DNA of 64,000 nucleotides. It comes from Sandaracinaceae bacterium (lineage in GTDB: Bacteria > Myxococcota_A > Polyangia > Polyangiales > Sandaracinaceae). The notes below the pieces were generated by a model, which saw only the letters and a list, made by a program, of their open reading frames with translations, was not told the DNA's origin and ran no database searches. Below, piece by piece: positions 10,026-18,746 of the stretch. Position 1 is the stretch's first letter. The number at the start of each line of letters is the position of its first letter. The position numbers were made by a program, and so were the translations under genes. The stretch lies in contig JACKEC010000025.1 in assembly GCA_020633195.1 (NCBI GenBank), positions 1 to 64,000 on the forward strand, given 5' to 3'.

Positions 10026-11815
10026 GCTTCCTCCTGCCCGAAGGGGTCCCTCATCACGGCGCCCTGGCTCGCGCTGCCCACGAGGTGGGCGTACCGGCGG
10101 AGCCACGGGCTGTCGGTCGGCGGCGGGCGGCGGTGGAAGGCCGCCAGCCGCGCCGCGATCTCGTCCTCGTCGACGCAGAGCGTCAGCGTCTTTTGCTCGA
10201 GATCGATCGCGATCTCGTCGCCCTCGCGGACCGCGCCGATCGGCCCGCCGACGGCCGCCTCGGGGCTCACGTGCCCGATCGCCGCGCCGCGGGTCGCGCC
10301 GCTGAACCGCCCGTCGGTGATCAGCGCGACGCTGCCGCCGAGCCCCATCCCGGTCAGCGCGCTCGTCGGCTCGAGCATCTCCTGCATGCCCGGCCCGCCC
10401 GCGGGGCCCTCGTTGCGGATCACCACCACGTCGCCCGGCGCGATCGCCTTGGCGCGGATCGCCGCGACCGCCTGGTCGTGGCCCTCGAACACGCGGGCGG
10501 GGCCGCGGTGCTGCATCATCTCGGGCGCCACCGCGCCGACCTTCACCACCGCGCCCTCGGGGGCGAGGTTGCCGAACAGGATCGCGAGGCCACCACGCGG
10601 GGAGTGCGCGCTCGGGACCGGCCGGATCACCTCGCGGTCGCGGTTGGGGGAGCGCTCGAGGACCTCGGGGAGCGACGCCTCGCCGACCGTCGGCCGGTCG
10701 AGCGACAGGAGCCCCGGCACCGCGGTCAGCTCGCGCATCACTGCGGGCACCCCGCCGGCGCGGTGGAGGTCCTCCATGTGCCACTTGCCGGACGGGCTGA
10801 TCTTGCACAGGTGGGGCGCGCGCGTGCTGATCTCGTCGACGCGCTCGATGGGGTAGTCGAGCCCGGCCTCGCGAGCGATCGCGAGGAGGTGCAAGACGGT
10901 GTTCGTGCTCCCGCCGAGCGCGAGGTCGACGGCGAAGGCGTCGTCGAAGGCCTCCATCGTGAGGATCTGGCGCGCGGTGAGGTCGCGCTCGATGAGCTCG
11001 CCGACGCGCGCGGCGGTGGCCCGCGCGAGCGCGTCGCGCGCGTCGGTGTTCGCCAGCGTCGTCCCGCCGAACGGCAGCGACAGCCCGAGCACCTCCGAGA
11101 GGCAGTTCATGCTGTTCGCGGTGAACAGCCCGCTGCAGCTCCCGCACGACGGGCACGCGTTGCGCTCGAGGGTGTCGAGCTGCGGCAGCCCGATCTTCCC
11201 CGAGTCGTACGCGCCGACGCCTTCGAACACGCTCGCGAGGTCGATGGCGGTGCCGTCGGGGAGGCGCCCCGCGGGCATCGGGCCGCCGGCGACGAAGATG
11301 GCGGGCACGTCGAGGCGCGCCGCCGCCATCAGCATGCCGGGCACGATCTTGTCGCAGCTCGCGATGCACACCATCGCGTCGAAGCAGTGCGCGCGGACCA
11401 TCGTCTCGACCGAGTCGGCGATGAGCTCGCGGCTCGGGAGCGAGTAGCGCATCCCCGTGTGCCCCATCGCGATGCCGTCGTCGACGCCGATGGTGTGCAG
11501 CTCGAAGGGGACCATCCCCTCGGCGCGGAGCGCCTCCTTCACGAGGCCGCCGAGCCGCGCGAGGTGCGCGTGGCCCGGGACGATGTCGACGTGCGAGTTC
11601 ACCACCGCCACGAAGGGCCGGTCCATGTCCGCGTCCGTCACGCCCGTGGCGCGCAGGAGCGAGCGGTGGGGGGCGCGCGCGGTCCCCTGCTTGATGCGGG
11701 AGGAGCGCGGGGAGGCGATTCGCTTGGGGGGTTGGTCTGTCACGAAAGGGACCTCGTCGGGGGTGGGGCCAGAAACGACGAAGCCCCCGCTGCCTCGGTG
11801 GGCGGCGGGGGCCAT
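10022..11815 (-). CDS. ilvD: Dihydroxy-acid dehydratase
   Basis: ...[23 protein letters not shown]...[12 protein letters not shown]...; IlvD/EDD family. The annotated ATG (11815) lies inside a terminator-like hairpin, so the true start may be the GTG at 11743 ([15 protein letters not shown]...). Confidence 0.9.
   Translation of the reverse strand: MAPAAHRGSGGFVVSGPTPDEVPFVTDQPPKRIASPRSSRIKQGTARAPHRSLLRATGVTDADMDRPFVAVVNSHVDIVPGHAHLARLGGLVKEALRAEGMVPFELHTIGVDDGIAMGHTGMRYSLPSRELIADSVETMVRAHCFDAMVCIASCDKIVPGMLMAAARLDVPAIFVAGGPMPAGRLPDGTAIDLASVFEGVGAYDSGKIGLPQLDTLERNACPSCGSCSGLFTANSMNCLSEVLGLSLPFGGTTLANTDARDALARATAARVGELIERDLTARQILTMEAFDDAFAVDLALGGSTNTVLHLLAIAREAGLDYPIERVDEISTRAPHLCKISPSGKWHMEDLHRAGGVPAVMRELTAVPGLLSLDRPTVGEASLPEVLERSPNRDREVIRPVPSAHSPRGGLAILFGNLAPEGAVVKVGAVAPEMMQHRGPARVFEGHDQAVAAIRAKAIAPGDVVVIRNEGPAGGPGMQEMLEPTSALTGMGLGGSVALITDGRFSGATRGAAIGHVSPEAAVGGPIGAVREGDEIAIDLEQKTLTLCVDEDEIAARLAAFHRRPPPTDSPWLRRYAHLVGSASQGAVMRDPFGQEEA
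11771..11812 (-). terminator. Rho-independent terminator/attenuator hairpin between leader ORF and ilvD
   Basis: Minus strand reads GCCCCCGC-(14 nt loop)-GCGGGGGC, a perfect 8-bp GC stem, followed by UUCGUCGUUUCU. It sits between the BCAA-rich leader stop (11846) and the ilvD coding region. Confidence 0.45.
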
Positions 11816-11845
11816 CTCTCTCTCTTCGTTGGTGTCCGTGGGGGA

Positions 11846-11971
11846 CTAGAAGAGGGGTGGCCCGCCGCCCGTAATGAGGACGAGGCCGAGGAGTACGACT
11901 ACGAGTAGAACGACGAGCTCGAGCGCGGCGGCGGTGCGGGGGGCCGGGAGGTGGCTCGTGAGCTGCGTCAC
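11846..11971 (-). CDS. Candidate ilv-leu leader peptide (branched-chain-rich attenuator peptide)
   Basis: Minus-strand frame encodes ...AAALELVVLLVVVLLGLVLITGGGPPLF*; 16 of 17 residues in the run are Val, Leu or Ile. The only in-frame start nearby is the GTG at 11971, with no Shine-Dalgarno, so it may be leaderless. The peptide ends 33 nt before the hairpin. Confidence 0.35.
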   Translation of the reverse strand: MTQLTSHLPAPRTAAALELVVLLVVVLLGLVLITGGGPPLF

Positions 11972-12002
11972 GGGAAGGAGACTGAGCGTGGTGACGCGCC
12001 GT

Positions 12003-12018
12003 GTCAAACATTTTTGAC
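12003..12018. promoter_or_regulatory. AT-rich palindrome GTCAAA-CATT-TTTGAC in the divergent ilvD/pheA intergenic region
   Basis: A perfect 6-4-6 inverted repeat in a 70% GC background. It presents TTGACA on the minus strand and TTGACG on the plus strand, face to face. Candidate operator and/or divergent -35 elements. Confidence 0.3.
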
Positions 12019-12117
12019 GCTTCTCGCGAAACGCCTGTAATTCCGTGTGCTCGGTCGGCTGGACAACGCGGCGCGTCAGCGCAAGGGTGAGCAACCGCAC
12101 GATCTCGGAGGTTCAGG

Positions 12118-13218
12118 ATGACGCAACGCAGCGCGAAGGATCCCCTCGACCTGTCCCAGGTTCGGGAGCGGATCGACGCGGTCGATGGCCGGCTGCTCGA
12201 GCTCCTCTCGGAGCGCGCGGACCTCGTCGCGGAGGTCGCCGAGGCCAAGCGCGCGCGGGGGCTCACGACCGTCGACCCGGAGCGCGAGAACATGCTGCTC
12301 CAGCGCGTGCTCGAGCGCGGCGCGGGCCGGTTCCCGCGGGAGGCGATCGTCGCCGTGTTCCGCGCGATCATGAGCGCGTCGGTGTCGCTGCAGTCGTCGG
12401 TCTCCGTCGCCTACCTCGGCCCCGCGGGGACGTTCTCGCACCTCGCGGCGCGGACGCTCTTCGGCTACGCGCCCCGCTACCTCGAGACCGTCACGATCGA
12501 CGGCGTCTTCGACGCGGTGCGCGCCGGCAACGCCGACTACGGCGTGGTCCCGTTCGAGAACTCGACCGAGGGATCGGTCGCGGGCGTCATCGAGGGGCTC
12601 CTCGCGGGCGGCGTGGTCATTCGGCGCGAGGTCGTCCTGCCGATCGAGCACTGCCTGATGGGGCTCGCCGAGTCCGTCTCCGAGATCGAGCGCGTCTACT
12701 CGCACCCGCAGGGGTTGGCCCAGTGCCGCGACTGGCTCCACCGCAACGTGCCGCGAGCGCAGCTCGTGCACACGCCCTCGACCGCCGCGGCCGCGCGCGA
12801 GGTCCGGCGCGACGTGGCCGGCGCCGCGGTCGGCAGCGAGGTCGCGAGCGAGATCCACGGCCTGAAGGTGCTCGCCGAGCGGATCCAGGATCAGGCCGAG
12901 AACGAGACCCGCTTCGTGATGATCGCGCGCGAGGGCGCCAAGCCGACCGGCGACGACAAGACGACGCTGGTGTTCGCGATCTCCGACGACAAGAGCCGCG
13001 GGAGCCTGCGGCGCACCCTGGCGCTCATCGACGAGGCGGGCGTGAACATGACCCGCATCGAGTCGCGGCCGCGCCGCGGCGACGCCTGGCGCTACCTCTT
13101 CGTCGTCGACGTCGAGGGCCACCGCGACGAGCCCCGCGTCGCGGACGCGATCGCGAGGCTCGACGGGGCTTGTGATCTGGTGACGGTGCTGGGCAGCTAC
13201 CCGCGCTACCCGCGCTGA
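12118..13218 (+). CDS. pheA: Bifunctional chorismate mutase / prephenate dehydratase (P-protein)
   Basis: An N-terminal chorismate mutase helix region, a PDT domain (YLGPAGTFSHLAA...) and a C-terminal ACT domain. GGAGG Shine-Dalgarno 7 nt upstream. Confidence 0.9.
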   Translation: MTQRSAKDPLDLSQVRERIDAVDGRLLELLSERADLVAEVAEAKRARGLTTVDPERENMLLQRVLERGAGRFPREAIVAVFRAIMSASVSLQSSVSVAYLGPAGTFSHLAARTLFGYAPRYLETVTIDGVFDAVRAGNADYGVVPFENSTEGSVAGVIEGLLAGGVVIRREVVLPIEHCLMGLAESVSEIERVYSHPQGLAQCRDWLHRNVPRAQLVHTPSTAAAAREVRRDVAGAAVGSEVASEIHGLKVLAERIQDQAENETRFVMIAREGAKPTGDDKTTLVFAISDDKSRGSLRRTLALIDEAGVNMTRIESRPRRGDAWRYLFVVDVEGHRDEPRVADAIARLDGACDLVTVLGSYPRYPR

Positions 13219-15698
13219 CGCCGCCACACGAACAGGGCGCCGAGCGCGAGCATCACGAGGGCCCACGGCGCGCTCGAGCCCGGCGTCGCGCGGCAGCTGC
13301 AGCCGCCATCCATCGGCGGCTCCATGCCCGTCCCCGCGTCGCCCGCCATCGGGCAGTCGGGGTTGCAGGCGCGGAAGTTCATCGTCTCCGGCGCGATGCC
13401 GCCCGGGTCGCACAGCTCGCCGGTGTCGACGACGCCGTCGCCGCAGTACGCCTCGTGGCAGGTGGTGCGGCAGCCGTCGACGGTGGTGTCGTCGTTGCCG
13501 TCGCCCTCGTCGCACTCCTCGCCGGTGTCGACGAGCCCGTCGCCGCAGCTCGGGAGGGTGCAGTCGGTGCGGCACGCGTCGGGCGCGTCGGCGTTGGCGT
13601 CGCCGTCGTCGCAGTCCTCGCTCGGGTCGACGAAGCCGTCGCCGCACGTCTCGGTGCAGACGCTCGCCTCGCCGGTCGGCTCGTAGCAAGCCCAGCCGCG
13701 CTCGGTGCGACAGAAGTCGTCGCAGCCGTCGCCCGGGGTGGTGCCGCCGTCGTCGCAGGTCTCGCCGGGGCCGACCCGACCGTCGCCGCACGCGATCACG
13801 CACTCACCCATGTCGTCGCGCACGTAGCCGGCCATGCACACGCACGTCGGCGCCATCCCGATCTGGTTCACGCAGCGCTCGGTGGGGCCGCAGTCGTCCG
13901 TGCTCTCCGCGCACTCGTCGATGTCCGTGCACTCGAAGCCGGAGCCCCGGTAGCCCGTCGCGCAGGTGCACCTGTAGCTGCCGTTCGTGTTCTCGCAGCG
14001 CGCCGCCGGGTCGCAGCCGTGCGTCCCGGTCATGCACTCGTCGACGTCGTTGCAGGTGAAGCCGTCGCCCTCGTAGCCGGTGTCGCAGGCGCAGCGCCAG
14101 CTCCCCGGGAGGTTCTCGCAGGTCGACGCGCTCGAGCACCGGCTCGTGATCGTCGGGTCGTCGCACTCGTTGATGTCGTCGCACACGAGCCCGTCGCCGA
14201 CCCAGCCGTCACCGCACGCGCAGGTCCAGCGACCCGCCGTGTTGGTGCAGATGGCGTCCGGATCGCAGTCGCTCGATCCCTCGGCGCACTCGTCGATGTC
14301 GGAGCAGCCGGTCGCGAGGCCGCCCCGGTAGCCCATGTTGCACACGCACTCGTAGGACCCGGGGCGGTTGGTGCAGACGGAGTTGAGGTCGCACGCGCCC
14401 GCGAGGACCACGTCCATGCACTCGTCGATGTCCACGCAGCCGGCGCCGGATCGCTCGAAGCCGGTCGGGCAGTCACAGGTGAAGCCGCCGCCCGTGTTGT
14501 TGCAGATCGAGCCCGGCCCGCAGTCGTCGAGGCCCATCGCGCATTCGTCGATGTCCCGGCAGCCGCCCGCGCCGTGTCCGCCGCCGAGGTAGCCGGTCGG
14601 GCAGGTGCAGATCCAGTCGCCCGACCGCATGCTCGGGTCGATGCAGGCCGCGACGGGGTCGCAGTCGTCGAGGCTCGCCGTGCACTCGTCCGCGAGGACG
14701 CACGTGGAGCCGTTGAACTCGTAGCCCGTCTGGCACTCGCACGTGAAGCCCGGCGAGCTCCACGAGGTCAGCGGGGTCTCGATGCAGCCGAAGCCATCAC
14801 CGCCGCTCGTCGCGAACGATCCGCAGGGCCGACCCGCGCACTCGTCGATGTTCGTGCAGCCCGTCCCGGGCGACGCGCGGCCGTCGCCCGCGTAGCCCGC
14901 GTTGGGGCACTCGCAGGTGTAGACCGCCGACGTCCCGGGGGTGTCGATGCAGTTCGCCGTCGACGCGCAGTCGTCGGTGCCCGCGTCGCACTCGTTCACG
15001 AGGACGCAGCCGCTGCCGGTGTCCGCGAAGCCCGCGGGGCACCCGCACTCGTAGCCCGGCGCGGACCAGCTCGCGCCGAGGGGCGTGGCGATGCAGGTGC
15101 CGGGCGCGCACGGGTTGCCGGCGCACTCGTCGATGTCGAGGCAGTTGTTGGTCCAGTCGGTGTCGCTGTTCGTGACCGCGGGCGAGGTGCCCGGGAGGCA
15201 GCGGTACGCGAGCGTGTAGCTCCCGCGCTCGCCCGGGGGGGTGCCGACGGGGCTCGTGATGCCGGCGTAGGTCGCCTGGATCTGCACGTACGTGGTCCCG
15301 CACGTGACCCACGTCCCCGGGAGAGTGGCGGCCGCGAGCATGTCGCAGCCCACGCCCTGAGCGCCCTGCGGCATGCCCGCGGAGCGAGTCGCCTGGAGCT
15401 CGGCCGAGTTGATCGTGCCGTCACCGTCGGTGTCGGCGGAGCCCATCGCGGCGGTGTAGCCGCTGGCGCTGAGGCGGAAGGTCCGCCCGAACGGGTTCAG
15501 GCAAGGCCAGCGAGGGTGGACCGTGCTCCCCATCGGGCTGCAGGAGCCGCCGCCGAGCGGATGGACGTGGCAGTCGATGCACTCGTAGGGGGAGGCGTAG
15601 GGATAGCTGAGATCCCAAAAGGTCGGCTCCGCCGCGGCCGGGACCGTCAGCAAAGTAAAGAACAGGCCGAGGATGAACCCCAGGTGCGTAGCGCGCAT
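13206..15698 (-). CDS. Secreted calcium-binding-EGF repeat protein with Cys-rich repeats and a C-terminal MYXO-CTERM sorting tail
   Basis: Signal peptide MRATHLGFILGLFFTLLTVPAAA, more than 10 D-I/V-D-E-C cbEGF modules, CGDGxxDxGEECDDG-type myxobacterial Cys repeats, and a C-terminus GCSCRATPGSSAPWALVMLALGALFVWRRQRG. Start trimmed to ATG at 15698. Confidence 0.8.
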   Translation of the reverse strand: MRATHLGFILGLFFTLLTVPAAAEPTFWDLSYPYASPYECIDCHVHPLGGGSCSPMGSTVHPRWPCLNPFGRTFRLSASGYTAAMGSADTDGDGTINSAELQATRSAGMPQGAQGVGCDMLAAATLPGTWVTCGTTYVQIQATYAGITSPVGTPPGERGSYTLAYRCLPGTSPAVTNSDTDWTNNCLDIDECAGNPCAPGTCIATPLGASWSAPGYECGCPAGFADTGSGCVLVNECDAGTDDCASTANCIDTPGTSAVYTCECPNAGYAGDGRASPGTGCTNIDECAGRPCGSFATSGGDGFGCIETPLTSWSSPGFTCECQTGYEFNGSTCVLADECTASLDDCDPVAACIDPSMRSGDWICTCPTGYLGGGHGAGGCRDIDECAMGLDDCGPGSICNNTGGGFTCDCPTGFERSGAGCVDIDECMDVVLAGACDLNSVCTNRPGSYECVCNMGYRGGLATGCSDIDECAEGSSDCDPDAICTNTAGRWTCACGDGWVGDGLVCDDINECDDPTITSRCSSASTCENLPGSWRCACDTGYEGDGFTCNDVDECMTGTHGCDPAARCENTNGSYRCTCATGYRGSGFECTDIDECAESTDDCGPTERCVNQIGMAPTCVCMAGYVRDDMGECVIACGDGRVGPGETCDDGGTTPGDGCDDFCRTERGWACYEPTGEASVCTETCGDGFVDPSEDCDDGDANADAPDACRTDCTLPSCGDGLVDTGEECDEGDGNDDTTVDGCRTTCHEAYCGDGVVDTGELCDPGGIAPETMNFRACNPDCPMAGDAGTGMEPPMDGGCSCRATPGSSAPWALVMLALGALFVWRRQRG

Positions 15699-15773
15699 CG
15701 TGCCGGACCCCTTCCAGAGGCTGACGGTACACCGTGCCGCGCCCGCTTGCATCGGATCTGGGGCAGGAGCCCT

Positions 15774-16535
15774 TCAGCGCCGGGGAGGCCGCCAGCGCAG
15801 GCCGACGGCTCGCTTCGGCGGCAAGAAGATCAGGTAGTGGGTGAGGCGCTGCACGAGGACGCTGTGCGGCGCGGCACCGGGCTCGACGAGGCCGAGGCGC
15901 TCGTAGTGCTCGAAGCGGGCGGTCGACGCCTCGGCCCGCTCCATCTCGAGCGGCGCGTGCCAGATCGAGTAGGTCGCGGGCGTCCGGCCGCGGCGGTACA
16001 GGTAGCCCACGGTCGGCGCCGTCAGGACCTCGTGGGTCTGCGCGGCGTCGGCGAAGCCGTCGAGCCGGCCGACGGGCGCGCCGGTGCCTCGCAGCGACAG
16101 CGCCTCGGCCCCGAGCGCGCCTTCGGCCTTCCACTCGAGCCGCTCCAGCCCGGCCTCGCCCCAGCTCGCCTCCTGTCGGCCGGACGTCCGGGCCCAGGGC
16201 AGCCCCCACACGTGGCGCGGGATGAACACCCACGGCGTGCCGAGGCTCGTCGCGAAGAACCACGCCGCGCGCTCGTCGCCGCGGCGCACGTACGCGCGGT
16301 AGTTCGTCTGGAGGCAGGTCAGCTTCACGAACGGCGCGAAGCGGACGAAGAAGTCGGTGTTGGTGAAGCTCACCGCGCTGACGAACGCCCGCTCGCGCCC
16401 GTCGTCGAGGGTGAACACGTCGGGCTCGAGGCCCTCGGGCAGGCGCGCGGCGAGGCTGTTCGGATCGACGTCCCACGTCGTGATGACGAAGCTCGCGAGG
16501 TGCGACGACACGTCGCCGAGCCCCTGCCGGGGCAT
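15774..16535 (-). CDS. Hypothetical protein (DUF2071/YqjF-like, tentative)
   Basis: The C-terminal 253 aa of ORF 15774..17561 have non-biased composition (MPRQGLGDVSSHLASFVITTWDVDP...); the N-terminal 340 aa are Arg-rich antisense junk and were rejected. ATG at 16535. Confidence 0.55.
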   Translation of the reverse strand: MPRQGLGDVSSHLASFVITTWDVDPNSLAARLPEGLEPDVFTLDDGRERAFVSAVSFTNTDFFVRFAPFVKLTCLQTNYRAYVRRGDERAAWFFATSLGTPWVFIPRHVWGLPWARTSGRQEASWGEAGLERLEWKAEGALGAEALSLRGTGAPVGRLDGFADAAQTHEVLTAPTVGYLYRRGRTPATYSIWHAPLEMERAEASTARFEHYERLGLVEPGAAPHSVLVQRLTHYLIFLPPKRAVGLRWRPPRR

Positions 16536-16546
16536 CGCGAGCGCGG

Positions 16547-17632
16547 TCACGTCGCGGCCTCGGGGAGCTCGAGAACCGCGTGGAGGCCGAGGAGGAAGGC
16601 CTGGAGCTTCGCGAGCACCACGTTGGCGTCCGGCGGTGTCAAGTCGTCGTGCGAAGTGCAGATTCGCGCCAGCACCACGCCGTCGAGCAGCGCGTGGGTC
16701 ACGAGCTCGATCGTGCCCTTGGGCAGCTGCTCGCGGACGCCGACGTGGACTCGATAGCGGCGGCCGTCGGTGAGCGTGATCGTGCCGGGCTTGCCGGTGC
16801 GCACGCGGCCGAGCGTGGGGGCGGGCGCGAGCTCCGCGGCGAGGCTCGCGCCGAGCAGCGCGTCCTCGTCGTCCGGCCTCTCGATCGTGCGGAGCGCGCC
16901 GTGGTCGACCCCGTGGGGCTTCCTCGTGAAGCGCGCGAGGTCCGGGCTCCCGTCCCCCTGGCTCGTCGCGAAGGCGGCGAAGTCGAGCCCCCCGAAGCTC
17001 GCCCGGACGCCGACGGGCGTGAAGCCCCGCAGGAACGCCTCGTTCGCGTCGATCTCGACCTCGGGGCCGGCCTCGAGGTCGGGCACCTTCACGTCCGACA
17101 CGAGCCCGTCGACCTCGAGGCCGGGGACGCCGTCCGCGCAGACCACGCGGGCGCCGTGGGGCACGTCCCGGAGCGCGAGGAGGATCCCCTCGCCCTCGTA
17201 GACGTGGACCCGATCGGGCGCCTGATCGATCGAGACCGAGTCCGGGTGGAGGATCAGCCCGGCGCCCTTCGGGGTGAGCACCGCCCTTTGCTTCGCGTAC
17301 TCCCAGCGCCCGAAGTACGGGTCGGTCGGCGGGCGCGCCGTCGGGATGCGCAGGAGCCGATCGATCACGGCGGGCTCCGCGCCGGCCCGCTCGACGTTCA
17401 CCACGAGCTTGCCGACCTCGTCGAGGGTGACGCGGAAGCGGGCGCCCTCGCCGCGGTACCAGAGCTCCTCGCGGGCGCCGGTGAGCGGGACGACGGCTCG
17501 ACCGTCGGCGTCCACGCGCCGCAGGTTCTGGGGGCTCAGCGAGAGCAGCGGCGGATCCCAAGCCCCGCCCGGGGTCCCCGCGATCCGGAGGAGGCGCAGC
17601 CGCGCCCGTCGGACCTCTGCCCGCTTCTGCAC
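16547..17632 (-). CDS. Hypothetical protein, 361 aa
   Basis: Non-biased composition; its stop is 12 nt upstream of the next gene, so it is likely co-transcribed with 15774..16535. Confidence 0.5.
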   Translation of the reverse strand: MQKRAEVRRARLRLLRIAGTPGGAWDPPLLSLSPQNLRRVDADGRAVVPLTGAREELWYRGEGARFRVTLDEVGKLVVNVERAGAEPAVIDRLLRIPTARPPTDPYFGRWEYAKQRAVLTPKGAGLILHPDSVSIDQAPDRVHVYEGEGILLALRDVPHGARVVCADGVPGLEVDGLVSDVKVPDLEAGPEVEIDANEAFLRGFTPVGVRASFGGLDFAAFATSQGDGSPDLARFTRKPHGVDHGALRTIERPDDEDALLGASLAAELAPAPTLGRVRTGKPGTITLTDGRRYRVHVGVREQLPKGTIELVTHALLDGVVLARICTSHDDLTPPDANVVLAKLQAFLLGLHAVLELPEAAT

Positions 17633-17689
17633 GCCGAATTCGTATCAGGAATTGCGGGGCTTACTCCGACTTACGGTGCCCCGAGGGGC

Positions 17690-18742
17690 ATGGACGGGCG
17701 TCCCCATCTGAAGGACCCTGTGTCCGTGAGGCGGGTGCTGGTGGTGTCGTTCGGCGCCCTGCTCGCGGGGTGCCCCGCTGGCGGGACGCCTGCGCGTGAC
17801 GCCGCCGTCCTCGTCGACGCCGGCGACCGCGACGCGGGCTCGACGTCGGACGCGGGTCGCGACGCCGGCTCCGATGGGGGCTTCGACGCCGGGACGGACG
17901 CCGGCTACGACGCGGGGCCGTCGATGTGCGACCTCCCGACCGCCTGCGTCGCGGGCGCCGTCGAGGAGACCGACGACTGCGGCCGCTGCGGCGCGCGGAC
18001 GCGCTTCTGCAATTCGTCTTGCGTATGGACGGACTTCGAGTGCATCGAGCACGACGACCGCTGCGACTACTGGCTCCACCCCGACGGCGCGACGGGGTGG
18101 ACGGGCTATCGGCTCCGCGCGAGCGCGTTCGGCCCGTCGACCCCGATCCGCGCGGCCGTCCCGCTCGACGGCACCGAGGACGCGCTGGTCTTCACGAGCA
18201 CCACGTTCCACCGGCTGCGGCGCACCTGCGAGCCCGGCGTCACGGAGTGCTGGGTGGAGTCGGGTCCGCTCTCCGCCATGTTCCCCGAGGTCGGCGGCGA
18301 CCCGATCCTCTACGCCAACGACGTCCCCGCCGCGTATCGCGGGGACGGGTTCGAGGGCATCGACCTGATCGGCATGGCGAACGGCTACCGGTATCGGTAC
18401 GAGGTCGCCACGCGGATGATCACCCACACCTCGACGGACCCGACGCCGGTCCCCGGTCCGGGTGAGCCGGTCCGGGCGACGGTCCGCGCGGCCTTCACGG
18501 TCCTCGGCAACGCCGCCGGCTGGCTCACGGCGCCTTGCGGGACGCCGCCGGCCGTCCCGACCGACTACATCGCGAGCGTCGCCGCCACCGACGTCTACGT
18601 CTTCGCCCCAGACGCGGGCTGTCTGTCCTACTTCCACGCGCCGTACGCGACCTTCGGACCCTTCGGCGCCCCGGGCGCCCCGCCGCTGGCGCGGGTCGGC
18701 GCCGCCTTCCATCGCGGCGGCCTCTTCATCCTCGCCGAGTGA
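17690..18742 (+). CDS. Cys-rich secreted lipoprotein, hypothetical
   Basis: Lipobox VLVVSFGALLAGC; the GTG at 17726 gives MRRVLVVSFGALLAGC. Only the C-terminal third of ORF 16580..18742 is real. Confidence 0.6.
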   Translation: MDGRPHLKDPVSVRRVLVVSFGALLAGCPAGGTPARDAAVLVDAGDRDAGSTSDAGRDAGSDGGFDAGTDAGYDAGPSMCDLPTACVAGAVEETDDCGRCGARTRFCNSSCVWTDFECIEHDDRCDYWLHPDGATGWTGYRLRASAFGPSTPIRAAVPLDGTEDALVFTSTTFHRLRRTCEPGVTECWVESGPLSAMFPEVGGDPILYANDVPAAYRGDGFEGIDLIGMANGYRYRYEVATRMITHTSTDPTPVPGPGEPVRATVRAAFTVLGNAAGWLTAPCGTPPAVPTDYIASVAATDVYVFAPDAGCLSYFHAPYATFGPFGAPGAPPLARVGAAFHRGGLFILAE

Positions 18743-18746
18743 GCCG

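Noticed and set aside
12014-12042. Canonical sigma-70 promoter for pheA (TTGACG-17-GTAATT)
   Set aside because: The -35 is good but the -10 candidates (GTAATT, TAATTC) match consensus at only 2-3 of 6 positions. Kept only as a regulatory palindrome, not called a promoter.
11846-12100. Full 84-aa minus-strand ORF starting at 12100 as the ilv leader peptide
   Set aside because: That start would place the promoter palindrome inside coding sequence and has no Shine-Dalgarno. Only the 3' 41 codons (from GTG 11971), or an even shorter unmapped start, are plausible as a leader.
8301-12371. 1356-aa ORF on the minus strand
   Set aside because: Only the C-terminal 574 aa (ilvB) are real. The N-terminal about 780 aa are Arg/Pro/Gly-rich and run antisense-shifted through ilvD and its upstream region, a high-GC ghost frame.
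16580-18742. 720-aa plus-strand ORF
   Set aside because: The N-terminal two-thirds are antisense to the 361-aa gene. The real lipoprotein starts at 17690/17726.
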